Shown: positions 49,680 through 61,977, counted from the stretch's first letter. The stretch: 64,000 nt of DNA from Macrostomum lignano (GCA_002269645.1 NIVC01002001.1:62001-126000), one strand, 5' to 3'. Numbers and translations are program-made. Notes: a model not told the origin generated them from the sequence alone.

Positions 49680-50044
49680 TTTTTATTAGAGGCAGGGGGG
49701 TTGTGTGCACCCTGGCGCAATTTAAGCGTCATTGGCACACAACCGGCGAGAGGCATTACTGCCCATTCCGCCGACTCCCCTGAGCAGGCATACAAGCGCG
49801 CGGATACGTTACGCAGGCACACACTCACACAGGAGTGTACAGCGGCCCTAACTTTATTTATTGTTAGGCATGTACACTTCACTGCGCCTTGGGGGGGGGG
49901 GGTTGGCTCTCAAGGCCGTTAATTGCACAAGCGAGCCAAGCCAAGATTCCAATCCAGCCCCAAATTAATGTGGCTGCACTTGGAATCGAGCCTGGGTCGC
50001 GGCACACCAGAGCAGCTGCGCTACCGCTGGGCTACGGCCCCCCC
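49680..50044 (-). mobile_element. Full-length tRNA-headed SINE with A-rich tail and 14-bp target-site duplication
   Basis: TSD TAGATTATGAACTT at 49666-49679 and 50045-50058. On the - strand: A box TAGCCCAGCGG (50034-50024), B box GGCTCGATTCC (49992-49982), and 3' end CTAATAAAAAAA. Confidence 0.9.
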
Positions 50045-51039
50045 TAGATTATGAACTTAGAATAGCAATCTAATTATATAGCTCCTTGTCGCAAGTCTAA
50101 TGGCTAATCGCATATAGTCCTTCTGTTTCATCATTGTCTATAGCTTTGGCCATAGACAATTGAAACCATTTTTCCAGAGCGAAGTGTGAGAGCTCTGGGG
50201 AATCCCATTTTAAATCTCACCAACCCTATTTTTAGAACATCTAGCTGTTATTTCTATTTTAGAGACCCAATGTGATCCCCCTGTTCTACTGGATATAATG
50301 TCAAATAAGCACTAAATTATTCATCAGGTTGGTAAACATTACCATCAAATGAATCGACAATTCACACGACTGATGATCAGTGGCTTGCTATGTATAAGTT
50401 ATGTGACCGAATTTTGATGTGGGCGTGAGCGAGCCCGGATACAACCGGCAGGGAAATGTTTAGTCTGTCATCTTTTATCACAAATATTTGCTACGCACTG
50501 TAATGCATATCTCTCACTTATTAGCATAATGAACTTTTAGACTATTTAAACTTCTTTTTTTGTCGGTAACTATTAGAAACAAAACTAGCAAACTTTGGAA
50601 TTTTTGCTAGTGGGTTAAAATCACCCCTTCACAAAAATCGCCTCTGTAAAATCGTTTCATCACAAACCGCCCTTCCCAAAAATCGCCACCTTGAAGCCCT
50701 GCTAAATAATTTTGTGCAATTTTTCGAATTCTTTATTTAAACAAACAAAAAAGCTACGCATATAGCTAATTTTTCATCAAACCCTACGTGTCTATTCATA
50801 GAAGCTTTTGTATTCATTGATTTACTCGTACATGAAGATCATTTTAGCCAGGACAAATTAAATGTATTTGCACAATCTGCTTGTCAATATTACCTTAGAC
50901 TCGGTCTACTTTACTCATAAATCCGGTTTTGTATACTTTCTCTCTGGAAAAACACTTAAATTGACTTTGATCACCGAACTCTGCGTGTTATTGAAGTAGA
51001 AAATGTATTATTTTAATAATATTTCTAAACACACATCGA

Positions 51040-52084
51040 CTGTTTTTGACTGTTTGGTCTCTGACTGTTTTTACCCTGGTTGCCTCTGGTAGCTTGTCTA
51101 TAAGGGTTGTGCGCAATCCGATTGGCCTGGCTTCGGCTAGCCCAATTACTAAGGGTCCGCCCCGGAGGGGCTGTGCCCATTCTAAAAATAATCCAACCAT
51201 TCTTTTTTCGTGCATTCCAATTATTTGGCCATCGGCCTTGGGTTAGGGGGGTGTACCTGGAGTACAGTGAGTTGGAGATCTGGACTGCAGTGTGGCTAGA
51301 ATGGGACTTGAGCCCCCCGGTCGCACCCGCCCTGCAGGAAAGACGACAATTCACAAAAGTGTACGGTAGAGCCCAGTTGATGCCAGCCCTGAGGCTGAGC
51401 CCCGGGTTAGGGTTCAGGTGCTCCTCCCCTAATTAAATTCCGGTGCTTCCAAAAATTGGAGTTTTGAGCTCTGCCCTACCTGCCCGGTCCATCTTGCTCT
51501 GTCCTTGGTCCATCTGCTGGCTCCTCTGGTTGTCTCCCTGCTTATTGTGTCTAGGCTCTCATCTCTGACAGTGGATTGGAGTCCTGAGCTGGAAGTTCGT
51601 CCCGAATCGGGGAAAACCGGCTGAGTCCGGTTTCCTCTTGCCCCTTGTGCCCCTCCCCCCCTTGGCCTGGCCTCCAATATTGAGCTGGATAGGCGATACC
51701 CTTGTGGCTTGCAGCCCTATAGGAGGGTTTTTGTCTACTTTTACCTCTTGATAGGATACTCGCCCTCGGATACAAGCCTTCCAGACTCGCTCCAATAGTC
51801 AAGCCCTATTCCAAGACTTCTGGGTTTCCCCGCTCTTGGACGGCTTTCAGTAGTATACCCAACTTTTTAATTTCCAATTCTGTTTTTCGCGCACTCCCGA
51901 GGACTTGTCTGCTGGGTTGGTGGCCTGGGTGGACTCGGTCCTAGCACCGTCCCTGATTCCACTTTTGGGTTGGCAGTGTCTTGTACCGTAGGTTTGGGTT
52001 AGTAGCCCCAAAATTCCCCTGGCCTAGACGTCGGGGCCCAATCATGTGGGTATCTCGGGCTTAGGACCCTGGAAGTGCCCCTCG
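51040..52084. mobile_element. ~1.05-kb GC-richer insertion flanked by 11-bp direct repeats; element type unknown
   Basis: ACACACATCGA at 51029-51039 and 52085-52095, with AT-rich flanks on both sides. A short tandem (CTGTTTTTGA-like) end at 51040-51075. No intact ORF. Confidence 0.4.
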
Positions 52085-52469
52085 ACACACATCGAAAAGT
52101 ACAGTTGTCGATATTTTAATGTTTTTAAATGTACTTAATCACACTTGGTGGCTAGCAATGATCTGAGGTTGCCGTGCTTGAGGTTAGCAGCCAGAACTTA
52201 TAAGAGTCATTGTTAGAACGGTTGAATGCCACAGACAAGAGGCTTACATGTATTTTTTTATTTCGATTTGATTTAACAAAATTAAGTTGCAACAAGTTCT
52301 GAATGCAACATTGAAAGGTGGGTCCACGTCGGCGCAAGAGGCTACACGAGCTGAACGATTGGGGATTGAAAGGTTTTTCGACTATGTTTAAGCCATAGAC
52401 AATCCAAAAAAGGCAACAGGGAATGAACAGCGACGCTGTGTACATGTCCAAAACACAGTCAGAAACGGC

Positions 52470-52740
52470 TATAGCAGCCACGAGCGTTTCTCTCATCAAT
52501 CGCAGCAATCGCCGATCCGCCTTTTCAGTCGTGCTTCGCATGTGGAGGATGAGCTGGATGCCTCGCGTCGCGTGTGTCACACTGTCAGTTTCTCTCAACT
52601 TCATATGCAACTTGCGTATCGTTGTATGCGATCGTCGAGCAGCTGAACGAATGGACATTCCCGCATCCAGCATGCCAACGTTGTCGTCTGCGTACACATG
52701 TGCCTTCAGTTTAACTCTTGTACACTCGTTGTTGTGACGC
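52470..52740 (-). mobile_element. Tc1/mariner transposase N-terminal HTH remnant
   Basis: VGMLDAGMSIRSAARRSHTTIRKLHMKLRETDSV resembles the Tc1 paired-like HTH (GML.AG.S.R.VAR...T.....ETGSV). It is degenerate, and no DDE domain or TIRs were found. Confidence 0.55.
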
Positions 52741-53087
52741 TTCTCCCTGTGACACCAGCTGATATCGGACTTTTCTTTCCTGCCCTTTACCGCTCATTTG
52801 TCTATGGCCCAAAACCAATTGTGACGACACCATCGATAGTGCTGCCCCTGGGACCTTTCGCGCAAGGGTGGCCGCAAAGCTTCAGAATCCTGGGTTTTAT
52901 TTCCTGACAAAATAATTAAAAACGATCAACATTCGATTTTATTATTGAAAGTCACTTTTTTATTCGCGATCGAAGAAGGAAAATTGCAACCCCACACTGG
53001 TAAAGCAACGCTCTGTAAAAATAAATTTAACTGTGCAGAAATTATTAAAAATAAAATAGGATTTTAATAAAATAGGCCCGGGCAATC

Positions 53088-54862
53088 CTATTGGAAGCGA
53101 TTTATCACACTGGTGCGCACGCCGAAATCTGGATCTGGCGCCGGTTCCCTCGGTCTGTGCTTCAAGTTCAGCAGCCGCAGAGGAATTTTCGGATCTCCCG
53201 GATAGCATTTGTACATATTCGGCAGCGGCTGGGGCTGCTCGAAACCCAGCAAGCGGTCGTAGCCTCTGCCGCTAGTCATGCTGCTTCGCCATTCGTTCCA
53301 AGGCACCACAATGTCTTCTGGAGTCTTCTTCAGCACGAGCGGATGATTTCGATTAGTCGGATAGAAGATCAACGATTGGCAGGCGTTGCAATTTGGGGGA
53401 ACCAGAGCGGATGTCGGTATGGGGTCGATAGAATTCAGCACCCTGGGTTGCTCCTCCTGCTTGTCGAAGATTGCGGTGCACCGGCTGCCCAACGGCTGCA
53501 AGCAGTCGAAGTTTAGTTCGATATTGTAGCGCCACTCCATGGCTTTGATTACGTATGGCTCGTCAGTTGAAGGCCGATATTGCAGGTAGCGAGTGATGTA
53601 CCCGTCCATTGGATTGCTCGGGCCGCGTTTAATGACGATGAACCACACTTTGAAGCCTTGACGACGGATAACGTTTGTGAGATGGTATTGAAAGCCTTCG
53701 CTTTCTGCCTGAAGGTTGCAGAAATACATGGATAAAATTTGGTTATTATCTCGTAATGCATTAAAACACTAATTTAAGGCAGCATGCTTTCAAATCTTTT
53801 ACTATTACTGTGGAGAGATTTTTATATCTACTCGGAGAAAATTCCTGTGATTTTGGTATTTCCAAGCAATATGGAATTGGGATCGTAAATGTATTTGCAC
53901 GATGGAAGATATCCGCAAAGGTGTTAACTGCATGGTACATTGAGGAGGCATTTGCACGATGGAGAACATCCGCAAATGTGTTAACTGGATCAGTGAGGAG
54001 GTAATTGTAGGATTAAGGATATCCGCAAAGGTGTTAACTGGATCATTGAGAAGGTATTTGCATGATGGAGAACATCCGCAAAGATGTTAACTAAATCATT
54101 GAGGAGGTATCTGCGCGGTGAAGAATATCTCCAAAGGTATTCTTATCTCAAGGGTCAGGGGAATCACTTTGGTGGTAATATAGAGTGTTTGGGGTAAAGG
54201 GATCAGCGCTGTACCTGCCAGTGCATGGTCGGGTAGAAGTAGTCGGAGAATCGCAGCTCGTGAAAGCCCGGTCGAATCCGCGACCCGGAGCGCAGATCAA
54301 TCATAGACGATTTATGAGAATAGAAAGGCCACTGGGTGCCGTTGCTGTCGTTCACCATGGAGTGCAGGCCGGTCTTCAACGGCTGGAACTCCCAGCAGTA
54401 GCTGCCGCCTCGTTCAAACGTGTTCTTTAAATTGATGTAGTCGCAAGCTTGCGCCAGACCCACCGTCCAATTAGATTTCGGCATCGAGGCTTCAAATGAG
54501 AACCCAACCCGGCATTTGAAGTGCTCGCCACGCCATTGCATTAACTGGGGCCGTTCAGACACTCGAGTAGTTTTGTTGCTGCCCGGCTGAGGCCCGCAAT
54601 AGTACACCCTGACGTAGTGCAGGTTGATGTGCACTTCAGGTTGGAATGTGTCCAACAGTCCGCTAGCATCGTTGCTGTTGCCTTCTTGTTGCAGTTTCCT
54701 AACATCATCGTCCAATTGTTGATTGTCGAGTACGTCCTTGTCAATTCTGGGGCAGGCTTCGTATGGCTCCCATTCGGCCTCAGAAAGGTGCTGCGTCTCA
54801 TTGTGCGGCAGCTGGTCATCGAACTTCATGGCCCACTTCAAATGGGCCCACTCTGAGCCCAC
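53088..54862 (-). CDS. FAM78: FAM78-family protein (at least 2 exons; 5' end uncertain)
   Basis: Exons 54862-54215 (CAG|gtacag) and 53708-53088, phase 0. Motifs WTVGLAQAC, CWEF, VNDSNG.QWPFY, SDYFYPTMHW, LTNVIRRQGFKVW, MEWRY, QPLGSR, QPRVL...PIPTSALVPPNCN..Q.L correspond to FAM78A/B. The start may be ATG 54829, or 54961 via a 36-nt intron. Confidence 0.85.
53885..54140. repeat. Degenerate tandem repeat (TTTGCACGATGGAGAACATCCGCAAAGGTGTTAACTG) in the FAM78 intron
   Basis: About 5 diverged units. Confidence 0.75.
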
Positions 54863-55291
54863 TGGTTTGAGCCTATCGAATTGGTGCTAAACCCAAGAGC
54901 GCTGGTTGACAATCAAATCCACTTTATAATTAAGCTTGCGAATCGATGGCCATAGACGCATAGCTCGTAGAAGATCGTAATGTTCCGCGTTTTCATCATC
55001 CTTAATTAGAATATTGGACAATATTCAGCTAAATATAAGTTAGTTTTTGAGAGAAGCTTTGTTTTTTATGAGCGCGAGTCATTTCTCTATGTAGAAATAG
55101 TACTTACTAGTGCTACTACTTAGAGTAGCAAAAAGGAGTCAAACATGCAGCTGACTTCTCGAAAATTCCATATGAATGCATTGGCCCAGCATCATAGTGA
55201 AAACCGTAGCAAAAACAACAATAACAACAAAATACGTTGTCAGCCAGTCATGCGAGTGATGAGAGGTAAAGACAAAGTCACAGGGCAAGGT

Positions 55292-56190
55292 TCAGGGCCT
55301 CCGGTCGCGAACGTTTTCCGGCAGTATCCGGGGCGCCGGCATCAGCCAGCAGGCAGTCGCATTCGAGTGAATGTTCAGAGGCGTGCCCTTCAGAGTAAGC
55401 TTCCACAGGAGGCCATCAATAGCACCTCTCACCTGCTGGTCGGGGGACAGGCGCGCGTCCTTCCCCAAGATGACAACCGCCGGTTGCCTCTTTGCCGCAT
55501 CAGCGCAGGAGGCCCGGGGGTCTCTGGAGCTTTCCTCAGGTGGGCTGTCCACCCTCCCGGCTGCATCGGCCTCCCAATCCTGGGCAGTGACTTCAGTGGG
55601 CTCGAGGCCCTCTTCTGCCGCCGCCCCAGATTGGGAAGCTTCCGCTGCCGCGGGCCGTTGGCCCCTGGCGCCGGTTAGGCTTCCGCCCTCCTTGGCCCGC
55701 CTCGCCTTGTTTAGTCGACGGCGGGCAGCTCCAGAGGTGGTGCTCAGCTGCTTGGCAGCTGGAGTGGCAGGTGTCTTCTCGGAGGCACCGCTCAGAGTTT
55801 GCTCCACGGGTCTCCGTGGAGCGTCCCCGATGGTAGCAGATGGTATGGCCGCGGAGTCCACGGACCCAGCCGAGACCGGAGGCACTGTTTCATCCACAGC
55901 CGGCAGGTTACTTCGGCTAGAAGCCATTGGCTCGAAGTAAAAAGGTGGGACTTCCTGCAGAGCACAGGCAAAGAGCCGCAAGGCCGCAGCCCCAAACCAA
56001 GCGGCAGGTCCCCAAAAAGCAAAATACCACCCTGCGGGGGGACCCAAAAGCCCAGGGGGAACCGTTAGCGACCAGACTACTCCCTGACCAAACGTCCATC
56101 AGCACGGAGTTACACTGGGACCGTGCTGATGGACATTGCGTGCAGGACCCGGGGTCCTGGGGTCAACAGCCCCGGCCAGAACTAGTTCAT
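55292..56190 (-). mobile_element. 5' UTR plus N-terminal ORF1 (gag-like) fragment of a non-LTR retrotransposon
   Basis: The ORF from ATG 55927 contains SGAARRRLNKARRAKEG and ..CADAAKRQPAVVILG..RLSPDQQVRGAID.., resembling R1/LOA/Jockey-type ORF1 N-termini (from recollection, not searched). It has a GC-rich structured leader and no ORF2. Confidence 0.5.
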
Positions 56191-57039
56191 TATACTGCGC
56201 TAATTTCCATTAATTGCCTTACGTCGCGTGGCGTCTTTTTAAACCCGTTACTGTTACCCGAGTGAAAACGAAAAGTCTGCCAGGAATCAGGATTTTCGTT
56301 TTCGTTTTTCAAATTACTGAATGGATAGGCTTGGCAACTGGTATTGGTTGATGGTTGATAAGCTTCCGCTTGGTTGGTTGGTGTTGGTGTCTCGTAGTTG
56401 CTAGTTGCTAGTATTTGATACTGTGTGACAGTGAGAGTAGATAGTCTCAATAGATTGAGTCAATTTAGAGCTTCAGAAACTTTATTCATAAATTTATTCA
56501 TTCTTTTTACACTTTTCTACTCTTTACTATCTACATTCGACAGATAACATAACAGTACACGATACATGCATGCATATCGCATTTGTAATTTGTAAATCCC
56601 GGGATCTCTGGATTGGAAGAAACCAATGTGGGACGACTATGTTTAAATCTTCGCGGGTATAGTACTGGCGTTAACATTAACTCATAATGCAAACTTGTTT
56701 TTCTTTTTTTAACCAGGGACTACTAAATCATAAACTTCTGTTTAAGCAATCACTTGGAATGGAAACTTATAACTATTCCTAACTATCCAACTGCCCCCCT
56801 CCGTTACTTCTACAATGACCCTGCAGCTTCTTAGGATTTGTTGAAGGGGGTCACTTGGCCCCATCCCCAATATGCACTGTATAAGCCCCGCGGCTTTATA
56901 GCATGCATTCCTAGAATTGGGGGGTCAACTGCCCCCTCTCATCACCAACATTGTTGGGTTCTTGACGTTGATGAAAAATTGATGAAAACGAATTTTGAGC
57001 ATGCATGCAGTAGCCATAAATAAGGCTAGAAATTTGTCA

Positions 57040-57590
57040 TGAAGTTTCATGGTCTGGGCGCGAACTTAGGCCGCATCGCCGGCACTGTGCAGGGCGCCGG
57101 CGTCAGCCAGCAGACAGTCTACGAAACGAGAAGTGCGCGCCTGCCTCCGCCTGTAGGGTGCCTGCAGCGTCTGCAGCAGCACCTCCTGCACCAGCTGCAC
57201 CAGTTGCGAGCAGTACATGTGCGAGCCCGCAATGCAAGCCCGCCAGCTGGAGTCGCCGACGGTGCAACGGTTTGCTGGGACGGGACAGACCGATGAGGCG
57301 ATAGAGTGCCGGCCGCATTGGTGATTTGCTCGTAGCCAGCAGGCCAGCGTGCGCCGCATCGACCAGCTGCTCGAGCGATTTCATCAGCGTCCAGGTTTTG
57401 GCGTTGTACAACAGGACGGTCTCGATCACCGCCTGGAACAACGCCTCCCTCTGGCGGTGAGGCAGGGCCTCAGACTTCAGGACAGCCATCACGGAGCGGA
57501 AGGCAGCCAAGGCAAGTCCACGCCGACGTTGAAGGTCCTCGCGAACGTCAGGCACCAGACCGCCGAGACAGACGAACTGCTATAACAGTG
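57040..57590 (-). mobile_element. 5'-truncated, degenerate RTE-clade LINE remnant (C-terminus of the RT ORF)
   Basis: FVCLGG..DVREDLQRRRGLALAAF...LFQAVIETVLLYNAKTWTL...LVDAAH...RRRLQLAG matches the post-RT region of RTE elements. Contains frameshifts. Confidence 0.8.
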
Positions 57591-57740
57591 ATTTTAGCGC
57601 TCAAATGTTGGTTGTAGCTGCAGTTTATCTTTTTTTTAATTATTAACTTTCGATTGGTGGATCCATTTATGCAAAAAATAATATACTGCTATTCTTGCTT
57701 ACAGTAGTTAAGTGCATGGAGTCCTATTCTTGCTTTTAAT

Positions 57741-59217
57741 TTAGTAAACTTTCTCGTCTTCTCGTATGGATTCTCTCTCTGCCCGGAAACTCCACGGAAT
57801 TGCCTTGGAAATATCGCGGATTTGCCGCCTGAAGATGGAACCTTTTCTCTTTCCTTCCTTCTCTTGCTATGAAAAGTACGCTTTACTAATCAGCCAACTT
57901 TTTGCAAGCTGAAATTCGCTAGCAAATATAACTATCGACTATCTGAAACTAAAATTCGCAAAAAATAGACAAAAATAATTAAATTTTGTTATAATAAAAA
58001 ATTTCTATTTAATTTTTGCTCAGTTAAAAACGGATTACGTAAACTAACAGCGAAATAATGTATAAATATAGGGAACTTTTCTGGCTCTTTGGAATACAGT
58101 ATGAAATAAGAGAAACTGGTACACACAGACATAACACAGTACAGAAATAAACGTAGTAATAATTAACCATTCCCGACAGTACAATAAGAGAATATGGAGT
58201 TTTGACATACCTAGGGAATGCATTCATTGATTCAGTTTAGCGGATACATTTACAAAATCAGTTTACTTTTTGCCTGCACTGAAACAGTTAAAATTAACGA
58301 TCCACACAAAAAACAAACGTAAAACTCACACCAGGTGGGAATAAAATTTAGTTACTATAGCGAATCAGTTTATGTTTCACGGACAGCCAGAGTCACCTGC
58401 ACTGCTCCATCATGCGTCACTCGGCTGTCTTCAATACGAAAGCGTCTAGATGTTCTCTGAAGCACATCCTTGAGGTCACCGTCACTTTCCCAGCCGTCGC
58501 GAAGCTTGACCAACATGCAGGTGTAAAGTTGGAACTGGCTAGGTAGCTCAGAAACGGACACATTCGTTGGGATTCGGACTCTCAATCGCAGCTCAGCGAG
58601 ACTGAACTCGGCGAATCCTGGATCGCCAGTCTGCACTGGTGACAGGTGTTGGAAGGTGCAGACGTCTCTAAATTTTCGCATTTGTTTGTCGCTTATAAAA
58701 TGTCGATCTTTAGTTGACTGTAGGACAATGATGTTTTGTCCAACAGGTTTGTTTGGTCGGCTTGATACTGTTGGCATAGCTAATTGAGAGACTTAAACCA
58801 GTTGAAGAATATGAGGCAGCATCTGGGTACACCAATCGGGCCATCTCGCAAACCAGCAAACATTTAGACAATCAGCATTTGATGTTGGCCGTCTTACTTT
58901 GAAAGCTCGATCTTGGACTAAGCATTTGTTGTAGTTGTTATTCGTGACGTACTTATCCTTCTTGTGCTCGGATGGATGGTTGATGATGAGGTTCCCCTCA
59001 ATTGAATCACTCGGCATCACAACCGCTTCAGCGACAATTGCCATCGCTACTGCGCGTCGGCAAAATGCTTGCTACATGCGGGATTAGCCGATTTGTCACG
59101 CTGGCGATTCGATCATACTCAAACGAACGAACCGAAGCGGTGCGGCAGTGTTTCTCTCTCCTCAGAGGCTTCAACTATTCGGAGAAAACTAATCGAGGCC
59201 GCCTGTGACTGCGCCAT
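57741..59217 (-). CDS. Uncharacterised protein, copy 1 of a tandem pair, about 227 aa, 4 exons
   Basis: Exons 59217-59133, 59049-58898, 58717-58397 and 57866-57741, all phase-consistent. The first donor (gttcgt) is weak; the others are AAA|gtaaga and CAG|gtgact. Exons 3 and 4 are supported by conservation with copy 2. No known domain recognised. Confidence 0.6.
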
Positions 59218-59581
59218 TTGAACTGCAGCGTCCAAAAACTATGGACTATGAAGTACACAACCGGCGCTAGCCAGCTGAGTAAAACAGAGTCGTCCAGCTT
59301 TAAACAGCCGATCGCTCTGATCTAAACTGACCCCTTTTCAAACAACCGAGCTTAGTCAGTCGAAATATTAGGTAGACAGCTTTCAGTGCATCTGTACATG
59401 GCGACAGAACAGAATTAATAGCAGTTTTTCGTCGCTGTTAGCGAACAAAAGAACGACTGCTGCACGTAAGCATTCCATTCCATTCATATTAAGTCACCAG
59501 GTGTACAGGAAAAAAGTAGCAACTATGCCCATACTGTAGGCATCGATTACTACTATCCGACGATCGTCCACGACGCTATGA

Positions 59582-59792
59582 CTAGGCGGGGCTGATTCCG
59601 AGAAGTTCGGATCCCGCGAGCGTAATGGAAGTGTCGGCTGAGGCAGGTAGTACCTGCTGCGGCAACAATTCGCGGCGGAAAAGCTGCCTAAGCATCCGAA
59701 GAATACGGACGCGACTCTTAACTCCCTCTGGACCAGATGTGAGATTTAGGCGATCAATAAGGTACCAGAACATGGTACCGGATAGCCTCGCT
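59582..59792 (-). CDS. Possible terminal exon of an unidentified gene
   Basis: Acceptor ttatttggtag| at 59793/59792. Open frame ARLSGTMFWYLIDRLNL...GISPA* is GC-rich. No upstream exon could be linked. Confidence 0.3.
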
Positions 59793-59924
59793 CTACCAAA
59801 TAAGAGGTACAATCGTATGAGGGAAAGGAGTTAAGAGAAAATAAAATAAACAAACTATAAAGAAGCTATGAAATTTGAGACCTGAGCAGTAGGAGCTCTG
59901 AGAAGAGCTGTGGGTCGTCACTAG

Positions 59925-61345
59925 GAGCCTCACGCTCTGAGAGAAAGCTCGGGTCACCACCAGGAGCCTCCCGCTCTGAGAGAAATCTCGGGTCACCACC
60001 AGAAGCCTCACGCTCTGAGAGAAAGCTCGGGTCACCACCAGGAGCCTCACGCTCTGAAAGAAAGCTCGGGTCACCACCAGGAGCCTCACGCTCTGAAAGA
60101 AAGCTCGGGTCACCACCAGGAGCCTCACGCTCTGAAAGAAAGCTCGGGTCACCACCAGGAGCCTCACGCTCTGAAAGAAAGCTCGGGTCACCACCAGGAG
60201 CCTCACGCTCTGAGAGAAAGCTCGGGTCACTACCAGGAGCCTCCCGCTCTGAGAGAAAGCTCGGGTCACCACCAGGAGCCTCCCGCTCTGAGAGAAAGCT
60301 CGGGTCACCACCAGGAGCCTCACGCTCTGAGAGAAAGCTCGGGTCACCACCAGGAGCCTCACGCTCTGAAAGAAAGCTCGGGTCACCACCAGGAGCCTCA
60401 CGCTCTGAAAGAAAGCTCGGGTCACCACCAGGAGCCTCACGCTCTGAAAGAAAGCTCGGGTCACCACCAGGAGCCTCACGCTCTGAGAGAAAGCTCGGGT
60501 CACTACCAGGAGCCTCCCGCTCTGAGAGAAAGCTCGGGTCACTACCAGGAGCCTTCCGCTCTGAGAGAAAGCTCGGGTCACCACCAGGAGCCTCACGCTC
60601 TGAGAGAAAGCTCGGGTCACCACCAGGAGCCTCACGCTCTGAGAGAAAGCTCGGGTCACCACCAGGAGCCTCCCGCTCTGAGAGAAAGCTCGGGTCACCA
60701 CCAGGAGCCTCCCGCTCTGAGAGAAAGCTCGGGTCACCACCAGGAGCCTCCCGCTCTGAGAGAAAGCTCGGGTCACCACCAGGAGCCTCACGCTCTGAGA
60801 GAAAGCTCGGGTCACCACCAGGAGCCTCCCGCTCTGAGAGAAAGCTCGGGTCACCACCAGGAGCCTCCCGCTCTGAGAGAAAGCTCGGGTCACCACCAGG
60901 AGCCTCCCGCTCTGAGAGAAAGCTCGGGTCACCACCAGGAGCCTCCCGCTCTGAGAGAAAGCTCGGGTCACCACCAGGAGCCTCCCGCTCTGAGAGAAAG
61001 CTCGGGTCACCACCAGGAGCCTCACGCTCTGAGAGAAAGCTCGGGTCACCACCAGGAGCCTCCCGCTCTGAGAGAAAGCTCGGGTCACCACCAGGAGCCT
61101 CCCGCTCTGAGAGAAAGCTCGGGTCACCACCAGGAGCCTCACGCTCTGAGAGAAAGCTCGGGTCACCACCAGGAGCCTCCCGCTCTGAGAGAAAGCTCGG
61201 GTCACCACCAGGAGCCTCCCGCTCTGAAAGAAAGCTCGGGTCACCACCAGGAGCCTCACGCTCTGAGAGAAAGCTCGGGTCACCACCAGGAGCCTCACGC
61301 TCTGAAAGAAAGCTCGGGTCACCACCAGGAGCCTCCCGCTCTGAG
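59925..61345. repeat. 39-bp minisatellite (CTCTGAGAGAAAGCTCGGGTCACCACCAGGAGCCTCACG), about 36 copies
   Basis: Highly homogeneous array. Source of ORFs 59793..61325 and 59866..61362. Confidence 0.96.
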
Positions 61346-61845
61346 TGGATCTGGGCTAACAAAGACCCTTAGGAATGCACGGACACGAAGGGAAAATACT
61401 GAAGACTTGAACGCAAATACGAAATATCGTAATATTCTAGAACTAAATAAACGAAACGAAAATTAATTATGGCTGTTAGAATTTGAAGAAAGAAAAGGTG
61501 AAGCGATAGATGAGTAGATGAGAACGATGAGCACTTCCTCCAATCCGTTATAAAAGCCGTCTCAGAGTCTCTCGGGAGTCGCTGCAGATGGTTGAACTCC
61601 GTCGAGATTCGCACGGCTCTGTTCTTTCCTTGCTTGACTCCGCATTCCAGTCAGGCATTCGCTCTCAGCTGGATGTTGGATCTCTTTCATCCTTGGAGGC
61701 CGTCGCAACTTCGAACACCTCTCGCAACCCCGTTGGCCCCCAAATACCGCTGCTGACTCTGTGGGGGGGGGATAATTTCGATGCGAAAGGTTAATATCAG
61801 ATTGGCGATTTACATAGCATATGCTGTCAACTACTGTCAATATAC

Positions 61846-61854
61846 AGACAGGCG

Positions 61855-61886
<32 letters not shown>

Positions 61887-61943
61887 CACAGACAGACACA
61901 CAGACAGACAGACACACAGACAGACATACAGACAGACAGACAC

Positions 61944-61974
<31 letters not shown>

Positions 61975-61977
61975 GGC

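Noticed and set aside
48143-50044. tRNA genes at the A/B-box motifs
   Set aside because: No complete cloverleaf or anticodon arm. The context (CORE domain, TSD, A tail) indicates SINE heads.
51240-51415. Telomeric repeat (GGGTTAGGG)
   Set aside because: Only one or two isolated units, not an array.
56040-56190. HDV-like ribozyme in the retrotransposon leader
   Set aside because: A GCTAA J4/2-like motif is present, but I could not build the nested P1/P2/P3/L3 double pseudoknot by hand. Reported only as a structured leader.
58370-58777. ORFs 58370..58777 and 63605..63955 taken as complete single-exon genes
   Set aside because: Conserved acceptor and donor sites and a conserved downstream exon in both copies show they are internal exons with read-through into introns.
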